From Acholeplasmataceae bacterium (GTDB lineage Bacteria; Bacillota_I; Bacilli_A; Acholeplasmatales; Acholeplasmataceae), in contig OY763415.1 in assembly GCA_963667565.1 (NCBI GenBank), positions 192,001-256,000 on the forward strand: 64,000 nt of DNA, read 5' to 3'. Within the stretch, counting starts at the first letter, position 1, and each line of letters opens with the position of its first letter. The notes under the pieces were generated by a model that made no database searches, had not been told where the DNA came from, and saw only the letters and a program-made list of their open reading frames with translations. The position numbers and the translations under genes were made by a program. Shown here one piece after another: positions 41,580 to 51,154 of the stretch.

Positions 41580-42899
41580 ATGAATCAAAACAGAACGTTA
41601 TCCCTTTTTAGTAAATTATTTCTAAGAATTTTATTTGGCATCATTACTGATTTTATTATTTTGATATTAGCATATGAATTTTTAACTATATTTTGGTTTT
41701 ATTTCTTGTTTGCAATCATTGTATTAGCAAGTGGATATTACATCTTTAAATCTATTTTAAAGTTAAAAGATTTAGATGATAAAGAAGATTCATTCGATGC
41801 ATTAGTAGAAATTTTAGATGATCTTGAATATGCAAAACCGCTTAATTTATCAATTGATATGAAACAAGAAAATGGACTTGTTGAAGAAACACTTCATCAT
41901 CATGAAGAACTTGAACAAATGATAGAGCCAGAAGAAAAAATCACAAGACAAGATAAACCTATTGAACTAAGCGACTTTATTGAACAACTCCATGTATATA
42001 TCAAAGAGCAAGGTTTAAAAATTGATAAAGATAATTTGAAAGAAATGTTTGCCAGCATGGCAGCATCTAAATTATTGATGGTTAAAAATCATACGGTAGA
42101 ACATGTTGAAAAATTCACACAAGCATTTACTAAGTTTATTGGTGCAAAATTATATATAGATGATGCCAGTCATTTAAAATCATTTAATGAATTGTTATCA
42201 TCTGATTATACACTAAATCAATTGATTGAAGAAGCAAATCAAAATCCAAATAAAATCTATTTTATGGGCTATAAACATTTAAATTTTATGAATTTAGATA
42301 AAAAAATAAGTCCTATTATTGACTATGCCTTAAATCCAAGTCTTCCTTCACATATTAAAACTACGCTTGGTCATGTGCTTCCTAATAATGTATGGTTTAT
42401 TTTGTATGTTGGAGAACATGACCACACATATGAAATTCAAAGTGCGACACAAAGTAGTGTCTATATTGATCTAGAAGCTACTGAAGTTGAACCAAAAGTA
42501 AAAACGAAACAAAAATATTTACGCCTATCATATTTAAGTTTTTCTAATATCTTGTTTGATAGTTATGAAAAATATTATTTAGATGAAACCATCTGGAAAA
42601 AGATTGATCAACTTGAAGCATATTTAAATGAAACAGCGTCATTTAACATTGATAACAGATTATTTAGACAATTTGAAAGGTATGCTTCAGCATATCTATT
42701 GTTTGGTGGAGAAAAAGAAGCTGTGTTAGATCATATACTTTACAGTAAGATATTGAATATATTGCTTTCTTTGAAATCATTTAGAGAACAATTGGATACT
42801 GATGAAATGCTATCTATGTTTGATAACATATTTGGACTCGAAAATTTAAATAAATCTAAAAGAACGTTAAAAAAATTAATGGATGAAACGAAACAATAG
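41580..42899 (+). CDS. Membrane-anchored, catalytically inactive McrB-like AAA+ paralog
   Basis: Two N-terminal TMs; colinear with downstream ATPase (LPNNVWFI/LPSNMWFI, IDNRLFRQFERY/FGNRIMEQIKRY) but Walker A/B absent; ATG 41580 after gcaggtg. Confidence 0.7.
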   Translation: MNQNRTLSLFSKLFLRILFGIITDFIILILAYEFLTIFWFYFLFAIIVLASGYYIFKSILKLKDLDDKEDSFDALVEILDDLEYAKPLNLSIDMKQENGLVEETLHHHEELEQMIEPEEKITRQDKPIELSDFIEQLHVYIKEQGLKIDKDNLKEMFASMAASKLLMVKNHTVEHVEKFTQAFTKFIGAKLYIDDASHLKSFNELLSSDYTLNQLIEEANQNPNKIYFMGYKHLNFMNLDKKISPIIDYALNPSLPSHIKTTLGHVLPNNVWFILYVGEHDHTYEIQSATQSSVYIDLEATEVEPKVKTKQKYLRLSYLSFSNILFDSYEKYYLDETIWKKIDQLEAYLNETASFNIDNRLFRQFERYASAYLLFGGEKEAVLDHILYSKILNILLSLKSFREQLDTDEMLSMFDNIFGLENLNKSKRTLKKLMDETKQ

Positions 42900-42916
42900 A
42901 AATGAGGGACTCGCTG

Positions 42917-44260
42917 ATGTTTAATGAGTTTTTTTCTCATTTATTTAATAGAATTTACTTAATTCAAGAATTGTGGAATGCATTGACAAGTAATGTGGCT
43001 ATAGTGATTTACATCATTATTCTACTTGTCTTGTTTTTTGTTACGCTTGTGTTAATGGTCAACATCGAATACAACCGTAATGCCTTAAATGATTTAAATC
43101 AAGATCATAAGAAAGAAGAACCAAAACAAGAAAATAAAGACATTAAAAAAGAAGAAGAAAGACAAGAAGAAACAAACCAAACATCAAGATTTTATATGTT
43201 AACAGAGATTGATAAACAACAAGAAGCGATGAGACAAAAAGTCTATCAAGATGAAATCACATTAGAGCGGCTATGTATAGAGTTTAGAGATTATGCAGCA
43301 AGTCAGTTAAAGCTTTATTATGACATTGAAGATATCAGAAGATTCATTGGTGGATTATCAGTATCACATATCATGATCTTACAAGGGATGTCAGGGACAG
43401 GGAAGACATCACTAGCCTATGCGTTTGGAGATTATTTGAATAATCCAGCGGTGATCGTTCCGATACAACCGATGTGGAAAGAGCGAACAGATTTGATAGG
43501 TTATTATAACGAATTTACAAAACGATTTAATGAAACGACATTATTACAAAAATTATATGAAGCGAATCAAAATGATCAACTTTATGTCACAGTCTTAGAT
43601 GAAATGAATATCGCAAGAGTGGAGTATTATTTCGCAGAGTTTTTATCACTATTAGAATTACCTGATCATGACAAAAGAAAATTAGATGTCATCCCTGATG
43701 TATGGGAAAACGATCCAGAGCAGTTAAGAGAAGGGAAATTAAGATTACCTTCAAACATGTGGTTTATAGGAACAGCAAACAATGATGATTCAACATTTTC
43801 AATATCAGATAAAGTCTATGATAGAGCGATGGTTATAAACTTAGATAAGAAAGCAAGACCGTATCAAGCAAAAGAAGTCAAAGGCAGAAGTATATCCTAT
43901 CAAAAGTTTCAAAGTTTAATTGATGAAGCACAAAAGACATATGAGTTGACGCAAAGAAATTTAAGAAGACTTAAGATGCTAGACCAATATTTAATAGAGC
44001 AATTCCAGATTACATTTGGAAATAGAATTATGGAACAAATCAAACGATATGTACCAATCATCGTGTCATGTGGGGGAAGTGAATTAGATGCACTAGATGA
44101 TATGATGAGCAAGAAAGTATTAAGGAAGTTAGAAACGAAGAATATGGTGTATGTGAAAAGTGCAGCACCAGGGTTAATTAAATTTATAGAAGAATTATTT
44201 GGTGAAGATGAGATGAGACAATGTATTGACTACATCAACCAAATAGAGATTAATGCCTAA
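42917..44260 (+). CDS. Membrane-anchored McrB-like AAA+ NTPase, copy 1
   Basis: One N-terminal TM; GMSGTGKT, LDEMNIARVEYYFAEFLS, GTANNDDST, SDKVYDRA; alternative start 42902. Confidence 0.85.
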   Translation: MFNEFFSHLFNRIYLIQELWNALTSNVAIVIYIIILLVLFFVTLVLMVNIEYNRNALNDLNQDHKKEEPKQENKDIKKEEERQEETNQTSRFYMLTEIDKQQEAMRQKVYQDEITLERLCIEFRDYAASQLKLYYDIEDIRRFIGGLSVSHIMILQGMSGTGKTSLAYAFGDYLNNPAVIVPIQPMWKERTDLIGYYNEFTKRFNETTLLQKLYEANQNDQLYVTVLDEMNIARVEYYFAEFLSLLELPDHDKRKLDVIPDVWENDPEQLREGKLRLPSNMWFIGTANNDDSTFSISDKVYDRAMVINLDKKARPYQAKEVKGRSISYQKFQSLIDEAQKTYELTQRNLRRLKMLDQYLIEQFQITFGNRIMEQIKRYVPIIVSCGGSELDALDDMMSKKVLRKLETKNMVYVKSAAPGLIKFIEELFGEDEMRQCIDYINQIEINA

Positions 44261-44277
44261 ATAACAAAGAAGGGATG
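43112..44277 (+). repeat. 1.17-kb direct repeat copy 1 (AAA+ module plus downstream RBS)
   Basis: Matches 46435-47600 at offset 3323; about 5 substitutions found by eye. Confidence 0.95.
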
Positions 44278-44284
44278 ATTGTGT

Positions 44285-46150
44285 ATGAAATTAGTTGATT
44301 TATACTATAAAGCATTTAAGTCATTTAGAAAACATACGATTGATCAAAAAGAGGGTCAAAAAATACGTAAAACAATTTCATATGCAAACCATCAAAAAGA
44401 AAAGTTTGAAGCGATTAAATTTGATTGTAAAATTGAATCTGATTGGATTGAAAATATCGAAGAAGGTTTGAAATTTGTTGAAAAAGCTATTTTAGAAGAT
44501 CGTCAGTTTATTAGAACTGAAGGTGAAGTCATCCCTATAGAAAAGGTCAAAAGGGTTTCAAAAGCTTCTGTTGAACATTTATCTAGACATAGTAATCTTG
44601 TTTCAAGAATACCTAAAAATGATCAAGAAACACTCACACCTGATAAATTATATATTATTGAGCGATTAAGTGATCATCTTGTCTATGAAAATAGATTCCT
44701 TTATGTGTTACTAAGATATTTAAAAGATTTTATTGAAATCAGATTAGATAAAATCAAGGATAAGACAACAACATACCATTCACTCATGAGAGTAGATAAA
44801 CAAATTGAAGTCAATTCAAGACATATTACATATAATTTAGACTTTAGTGAAATGTACAAAAACGATCCATTTTTGCTAGAAGTATATGAGAAGATTCCAC
44901 TTGTAAAAAACGTAGAAAATATCCACGCTTTAACGCTTGCATTGCTTTCAACGCCACTCATGAAAGAAGTGGCTAAAGCACCGATGATAAAACCTCCGAT
45001 TGTAAAAACAAATGTGATTCGTATGAATAAGAATTTTAAAGCAGCACTCTCATTGTATGATTACATTACTTCATATAACAAAGATGGATATACATTTGAA
45101 GAAATCAAAAAAACATTTTCTCCTTTTCCAGAAAAAATGGGGGATGAAATTGCAGATACGATTGAACTTAACTCATTAATCACTTACATGGAAGGCAATG
45201 ACATCAGGTCATACTTAGAAGAGCGTTTTGAAAAAGAATTAGAAAAAGAAAAGTTGAAACAGTCACAAGCAGCACAAGAAGAATTAGAGCGTCTTAAGAA
45301 AAGATTGGTTGAGCTTGATGAAGATCCAAGTCTTTATATTTTAAAATTGGAAAAACGCAATCAATCATTAGAAAAAGATAATTTAAAAATAGCTTCACTC
45401 ATTGATAAAAACGAACAATTATTAACTTCTATTGAAACACTTGAGCAAGATAAACGTGATATGGAAAAACAATACAATATCGTATTAGATCAAGTTAATG
45501 AAAAACAATATGAAATTGATATATTGAATCAAAAATATTTTGATGATATGAAAGAGGCTGAGGTTGTTCATCAAAACGAACTTAAGCAACAATTAATTAA
45601 ATATGAAGAAGCTTTTGAACAGCAAAAAACTGATTTTATGAAACAGCTAAATGATATGAAACATGAACATGAATCATATATAAAAGATTTAGTTTTAGAA
45701 CATCAGACATATGTTGATTTACTTGTTAAAAATCATGATGAACAAAGGGAATCACTAAAACAATCTTATGAAGAACAAATAAACGATTTGATTACAAAAC
45801 ATCAAACATTTGTCTTTTCACTTGAAGAAAACATAGATCAACTGACGAGTCAAAAAGAAAAACAAAAATTAGAGATTAAAACACAACAAAAGATGATTAA
45901 AGATCTTGAGTTAAACTTAAAATCAAGTGAAGAGTATAGAAGATTTGCAAATGCGCAATACTTAGCATTAAAAACGCAGCAAGGACTCATTTCTGATGAT
46001 GAAGATTTCACATCAAAAGAAAAATTCCAACAGTTGGAATTAGAAATGAAAGCTTATAAAAAATTATTTAAAGAACAATGGAAAAAGACGAAATTACAGA
46101 TTAAAGAACATATCAAAGAAGAGATGTTAAGAAAAGAAGATATAGAATAA
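44285..46150 (+). CDS. McrC/DUF2357-like protein with long C-terminal coiled coil, no recognisable nuclease
   Basis: YENRFL motif and KTNVIRMNKNF..AL.LY segment of DUF2357-type McrC N-domains; last ~300 aa E/K/Q-rich heptads. Confidence 0.72.
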   Translation: MKLVDLYYKAFKSFRKHTIDQKEGQKIRKTISYANHQKEKFEAIKFDCKIESDWIENIEEGLKFVEKAILEDRQFIRTEGEVIPIEKVKRVSKASVEHLSRHSNLVSRIPKNDQETLTPDKLYIIERLSDHLVYENRFLYVLLRYLKDFIEIRLDKIKDKTTTYHSLMRVDKQIEVNSRHITYNLDFSEMYKNDPFLLEVYEKIPLVKNVENIHALTLALLSTPLMKEVAKAPMIKPPIVKTNVIRMNKNFKAALSLYDYITSYNKDGYTFEEIKKTFSPFPEKMGDEIADTIELNSLITYMEGNDIRSYLEERFEKELEKEKLKQSQAAQEELERLKKRLVELDEDPSLYILKLEKRNQSLEKDNLKIASLIDKNEQLLTSIETLEQDKRDMEKQYNIVLDQVNEKQYEIDILNQKYFDDMKEAEVVHQNELKQQLIKYEEAFEQQKTDFMKQLNDMKHEHESYIKDLVLEHQTYVDLLVKNHDEQRESLKQSYEEQINDLITKHQTFVFSLEENIDQLTSQKEKQKLEIKTQQKMIKDLELNLKSSEEYRRFANAQYLALKTQQGLISDDEDFTSKEKFQQLELEMKAYKKLFKEQWKKTKLQIKEHIKEEMLRKEDIE

Positions 46151-46173
46151 AGATTTTGTTTAGGATGCGTGTC

Positions 46174-47583
46174 ATGAAAAAAGGAAATATTAAATTATTA
46201 AACTTCATATGGTTTATTTCCATGATTGTTGGGATGCTTTTGATTATTAGTTTATTAATCAAACCAGACTTTGTTGACCCAACAGTTGTTTTAGGTACGC
46301 CTCAAATGCTTTTTATTTTATTTTCTGCGCTTATCTTATTGGTTGCATTCGGCATCATTATATATGTTCTAAGAAATGATAATTTAAACCTTCTTAATTT
46401 ATATAAGTTAGGGGAAGCACTACCGAAAATAGAAAAAGAAGAACCAAAACAAGAAAATAAAGACATTAAAAAAGAAGAAGAAAGACAAGAAGAAACAAAC
46501 CAAACATCAAGATTTTATATGTTAACAGAGATTGATAAACAACAAGAAGCGATGAGACAAAAAGTCTATCAAGATGAAATCACATTAGAGCGGCTATGTA
46601 TAGAGTTTAGAGATTATGCAGCAAGTCAGTTAAAGCTTTATTATGACATTGAAGATATCAGAAGATTCATTGGTGGATTATCAGTATCACATATCATGAT
46701 CTTACAAGGGATGTCAGGGACAGGGAAGACATCACTAGCATATGCGTTTGGAGATTATTTGAATAATCCAGCGGTGATCGTTCCGATACAACCGATGTGG
46801 AAAGAGCGAACAGATTTGATAGGTTATTATAACGAATTTACAAAACGATTTAATGAAACGACATTATTACAAAAATTATATGAAGCGAATCAAAATGAGC
46901 AACTTTATGTCACAGTTTTAGATGAAATGAATATCGCAAGAGTGGAGTATTATTTCGCAGAGTTTTTATCACTATTAGAATTACCTGATCATGACAAAAG
47001 AAAATTAGATGTCATCCCTGATGTATGGGAAAACGATCCAGAGCAGTTAAGAGAAGGGAAATTAAGATTACCTTCAAACATGTGGTTTATAGGAACAGCA
47101 AACAATGATGATTCAACATTTTCAATATCAGATAAAGTCTATGATAGAGCGATGGTTATAAACTTAGATAAGAAAGCAAGACCGTATCAAGCAAAAGAAG
47201 TCAAAGGCAGAAGTATATCCTATCAAAAGTTTCAAAGTTTAATTGATGAAGCACAAAAGACATATGAGTTGACGCAAAGAAATTTAAGAAGACTTAAGAT
47301 GCTAGACCAATATTTAATAGAGCAATTCCAGATTACATTTGGAAATAGAATTATGGAACAAATCAAACGATATGTACCAATCATCGTGTCATGTGGGGGA
47401 AGTGAATTAGATGCACTAGATGATATGATGAGCAAGAAAGTATTAAGGAAGTTAGAAACGAAGAATATGGTGTATGTGAAAAGTGCAGCACCAGGGTTAA
47501 TTAAATTTATAGAAGAATTATTTGGTGAAGATGAGATGAGACAATGTATTGACTACATCAACCAAATAGAGATTAATGCTTAA
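46174..47583 (+). CDS. Membrane-anchored McrB-like AAA+ NTPase, copy 2
   Basis: Two N-terminal TMs unrelated to copy 1, then same NTPase module (one D/E change seen); ORF track start is 46156. Confidence 0.85.
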   Translation: MKKGNIKLLNFIWFISMIVGMLLIISLLIKPDFVDPTVVLGTPQMLFILFSALILLVAFGIIIYVLRNDNLNLLNLYKLGEALPKIEKEEPKQENKDIKKEEERQEETNQTSRFYMLTEIDKQQEAMRQKVYQDEITLERLCIEFRDYAASQLKLYYDIEDIRRFIGGLSVSHIMILQGMSGTGKTSLAYAFGDYLNNPAVIVPIQPMWKERTDLIGYYNEFTKRFNETTLLQKLYEANQNEQLYVTVLDEMNIARVEYYFAEFLSLLELPDHDKRKLDVIPDVWENDPEQLREGKLRLPSNMWFIGTANNDDSTFSISDKVYDRAMVINLDKKARPYQAKEVKGRSISYQKFQSLIDEAQKTYELTQRNLRRLKMLDQYLIEQFQITFGNRIMEQIKRYVPIIVSCGGSELDALDDMMSKKVLRKLETKNMVYVKSAAPGLIKFIEELFGEDEMRQCIDYINQIEINA

Positions 47584-47600
47584 ATAACAAAGAAAGGATG
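46435..47600 (+). repeat. 1.17-kb direct repeat copy 2
   Basis: Matches 43112-44277. Confidence 0.95.
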
Positions 47601-47607
47601 TGTAATC

Positions 47608-50600
47608 ATGAATAAGAAAATATTACTCATTAGTAGTGGTGTCATTATTGTTACTATCTTTTTCATCATTGCATATATTTCTTTTAATATCTTAGGTATT
47701 CCGCTTGCTGATGCGAAAAAATATCAAATCACAATCGCAACCGAAAATGTAGAGAAAATCTATGATGGTGAGGTATTAGAAAGTGATACTTGGTGGATTG
47801 AAAGTGGAAGTTTAGTGTTTGGTCATCATATCGAATATGTCATGAACTCACAAATCACTGAACCAGGAAGTATTGTTAATCAAATCGGTATTGCAATTTA
47901 TGACAATGAAGGTATGAATGTTACTGATAATTATGACATCACTTATGATTTAGGTAATTTAATCGTTTATGGTATACCGCTTACGATAAAAACTGAAAGC
48001 GAAGAAAAATACTATGATGGACTAACACTAGAAAACTATAACTATACTTTGACTCAAGGGTCTTTATTATCTGGAGATAGACTTGTTTCAACAATGAATA
48101 CAAGTATTACGAATCCAGGGTCTGAAGAGAATGAAATTTATGTCATTATTTATGATGCGTATGGACAAAATGTGACAAATCATTATGACATTACTTTTGA
48201 TCTTGGAGTTCTTACGATTTATGCTATTCCATTAACCATACAAACAGATAGTGCTGAAAAAACATTTGATGGCACATATTTATCAAATCCGTCTTGGCAT
48301 TTAAAGAGTGGCACATTACTAAGAGGTAATACCATGAGTTATGAAATGAATGCTAAACTTTTATATCCAGGTTCTATCTCTAATGATATTGGTATCACAA
48401 TTTTAAATGCAAAAAACGAAGACGTGACACATATATATGACATTACATATGAACTAGGAACGTTAACGATTAGAGCAATTGAATTAAGCATTCAAACAAG
48501 TACTGCAAGTAAAGTCTATGATGGCCAAATACTAACTGATCCAACATATACGATTTTAAGTGGATCTGTTTTAGAACAAGATCGTTTTACTTATACGATG
48601 GAAGCATCCATATTAAATCCAGGAAGTGTGGATAATCAGATTGGAATTACTATTTATAATGCTCTAGGTGAAGACATTACATTTGTATATCACATCACTT
48701 ATGATATTGGTACATTAACCATTTACACGCTTTCTATCACTATCTCAACAGATTCCGCAATGAAAACATATGATGGTACACCATTAACAAGTGATGGTTG
48801 GGCTTTAACAAAAGGCTATATATCTACAACCAATCATATTGTAGCAAACATGAATTCAAGTATCACAAGTCCTGGTAGTGTGCTAAATCAAATTGATGTC
48901 ACAATTCTTGATGACCAAGGAAGTGATGTTACAAGCAATTATAATATCACGTATAAATTAGGAACGTTAACCATTAATCCTATTGAGATTGCAGTCTTTA
49001 CTGAAACAGCAAGTAAAGTTTATGATGGTAGCGCGTTAACATCCGATGTATGGGGATTATTAAGTGGGTCGATATTAGATAACAACCAAGTGAATGTTGT
49101 TATGAACTCAAGTATAACAGCTCCTGGAACGATTGCTAATGAAGCGTATTTAACAATTTTAAACGATCAAAATCAAGATGTTACAACAAATTATATCATC
49201 ACATATCATTATGGAACATTAACGATTCATCCAATGTCAGTGATTATTAAATCTGGAAGTGCAAGTAAAGTCTATGATGGCACACCACTATCTAATAGCG
49301 ATTGGGGAATAGTTTATGGGTCTATTTTAGATACACATGAGCTTTATGTGAGCGTTGATGCTGAAATCACTGATATTGGTTCGATTGATAATGATATTTT
49401 TGTCTATGTCTTAGATCAAGATGGACAAAATGTCACAAACTATTACCAATTTTCATTTGATACAGGAACCTTAACCATCTTATCAGGGGTAAATTCATCT
49501 GGAACCATTAGCAACGAGAGCTTTCCTTTAACAAATACAGATGTCTTTAAGTTTTATACAAGTTTATCAGGTATGGTTTATTTTAGAGATGTATCATATG
49601 AAGGATATAACATGACTGGATGGAACTTAGACATTAATAATGAAGCAAACATCACTACGAATCCACTTAATTTTGCAAGCCAGTCATTAGAAGATTTAGG
49701 TGGTGTTTCAAACGATATTCAAATCGAATATTTACTTGATCAAATGCCATATCTTTTGCCTTATTTTTCAAATGCAACTTTAAGTGGTATTAATGACTTT
49801 CATATTTATGGAGATACGACGCAACCAGTTTCTTTAACATATGTACCATATAGTTATCAAAGTGGCGATTACCTCTTGTTTAAAAATACGCTTGCAAGTG
49901 ATGATGAATTGATTTATAGAGAATATGTATATAGTCATTATTTAGATATACCTCAATCGACACTTGATGTGATGTTGCAACTCGCAAGTGAAAATGGCTT
50001 ATCAACAGATAGCACAACACTCATATCTGATGTACAAAGATATATTCAAAATGCGGCAGTATATAATTTAAACTTTGCAAAAATTCCAGATTCAGTCACA
50101 GATATCGCAGTTTACTTTTTAACTGTATCAAAAGAAGGTATTTGTCAACATTATGCAACAGCAGCAGCACTTATGTATCGAGCACTAGGGATACCTGCAA
50201 GATATGTCACAGGTTTTGTAGGTAATGCAACTGAAAATGCATGGACTACAGTGACTACTGAATTAGCACATGCATGGGTTGAAATCTATATCGATGGTTT
50301 TGGATGGATGCCTATTGAAGTGACAGGTGGTGGACCTGTTGGTGAAGCAAATGCAATCGGTGAATTAACCATCACCCCAGCAAGTGTAAAAGAAATGTAT
50401 GTTGATGGTATCACAATCCGACCTGATACATTAATTATTTCAGGATTTAATGAATTTGCTCAATTGGGATACACATATGATGTCAGTTTTAGTGGTGAAC
50501 TTAGCATACCTGGAATCACTGAAAGTAGTATTGCATCATTTACAGTCTATGATCCTGATGGAAAAGATGTAACTGCATCGTTTCATATACTTTATGGTAA

Positions 50601-51132
50601 TGGCATCTTACAATTATACCAATATGAGATCACATTAATGACCTCCTCGGATATGAAAATATATGATGGTATTTCACTAACTAATGAAAACTATACCATT
50701 GATGGCAATCTAGAAGTAGGTCATAGTATTTATCAAGTTACATTTATAGGCTCACAGACTAACGTGGGATTATCTAAAAATAAAGCCACAATCATCATCC
50801 ATGATGAACAAGGAAATGATGTGACATATCTTTATAAGATAAATAACGTTTATGGTGATTTAATGGTGACACCAAGGTCAATTACGATCACTTCAGGTTC
50901 AGCAACTAAGGTTTTTGACAACACAGAACTCACCTATAATGATTATGAAATTACTGAAGGCAGTTTAGTCTTATCAGAAACGATTGTTGTTGATATTATT
51001 GGTTCACAGTTAACCATAGGTAAAAGTGTTAATTTAATTGATTCTATACATATCTACTCAGATGGTGTAGATGTTACAAACAACTATATTATTAATATTA
51101 TTGAAGGTGAACTAAGCGTTACACCAAGTTAA
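47608..51132 (+). CDS. Surface protein: N-terminal anchor, 7 YDG/MBG-like repeats, transglutaminase-like domain, 3 further repeats
   Basis: ~84-aa KxYDG...GTL.I repeats; EGICQHYA...GIPARYVTGF...HAWVEIY...GWMPIEVT. Confidence 0.85.
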   Translation: MNKKILLISSGVIIVTIFFIIAYISFNILGIPLADAKKYQITIATENVEKIYDGEVLESDTWWIESGSLVFGHHIEYVMNSQITEPGSIVNQIGIAIYDNEGMNVTDNYDITYDLGNLIVYGIPLTIKTESEEKYYDGLTLENYNYTLTQGSLLSGDRLVSTMNTSITNPGSEENEIYVIIYDAYGQNVTNHYDITFDLGVLTIYAIPLTIQTDSAEKTFDGTYLSNPSWHLKSGTLLRGNTMSYEMNAKLLYPGSISNDIGITILNAKNEDVTHIYDITYELGTLTIRAIELSIQTSTASKVYDGQILTDPTYTILSGSVLEQDRFTYTMEASILNPGSVDNQIGITIYNALGEDITFVYHITYDIGTLTIYTLSITISTDSAMKTYDGTPLTSDGWALTKGYISTTNHIVANMNSSITSPGSVLNQIDVTILDDQGSDVTSNYNITYKLGTLTINPIEIAVFTETASKVYDGSALTSDVWGLLSGSILDNNQVNVVMNSSITAPGTIANEAYLTILNDQNQDVTTNYIITYHYGTLTIHPMSVIIKSGSASKVYDGTPLSNSDWGIVYGSILDTHELYVSVDAEITDIGSIDNDIFVYVLDQDGQNVTNYYQFSFDTGTLTILSGVNSSGTISNESFPLTNTDVFKFYTSLSGMVYFRDVSYEGYNMTGWNLDINNEANITTNPLNFASQSLEDLGGVSNDIQIEYLLDQMPYLLPYFSNATLSGINDFHIYGDTTQPVSLTYVPYSYQSGDYLLFKNTLASDDELIYREYVYSHYLDIPQSTLDVMLQLASENGLSTDSTTLISDVQRYIQNAAVYNLNFAKIPDSVTDIAVYFLTVSKEGICQHYATAAALMYRALGIPARYVTGFVGNATENAWTTVTTELAHAWVEIYIDGFGWMPIEVTGGGPVGEANAIGELTITPASVKEMYVDGITIRPDTLIISGFNEFAQLGYTYDVSFSGELSIPGITESSIASFTVYDPDGKDVTASFHILYGNGILQLYQYEITLMTSSDMKIYDGISLTNENYTIDGNLEVGHSIYQVTFIGSQTNVGLSKNKATIIIHDEQGNDVTYLYKINNVYGDLMVTPRSITITSGSATKVFDNTELTYNDYEITEGSLVLSETIVVDIIGSQLTIGKSVNLIDSIHIYSDGVDVTNNYIINIIEGELSVTPS

Positions 51133-51154
51133 AGATTGGAGGAAACGACTCTAG

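Noticed and set aside
42917..46150. Calling this a conventional McrBC restriction system
   Set aside because: TM anchors replace DNA-binding domains and no PD-(D/E)xK nuclease motif is visible.
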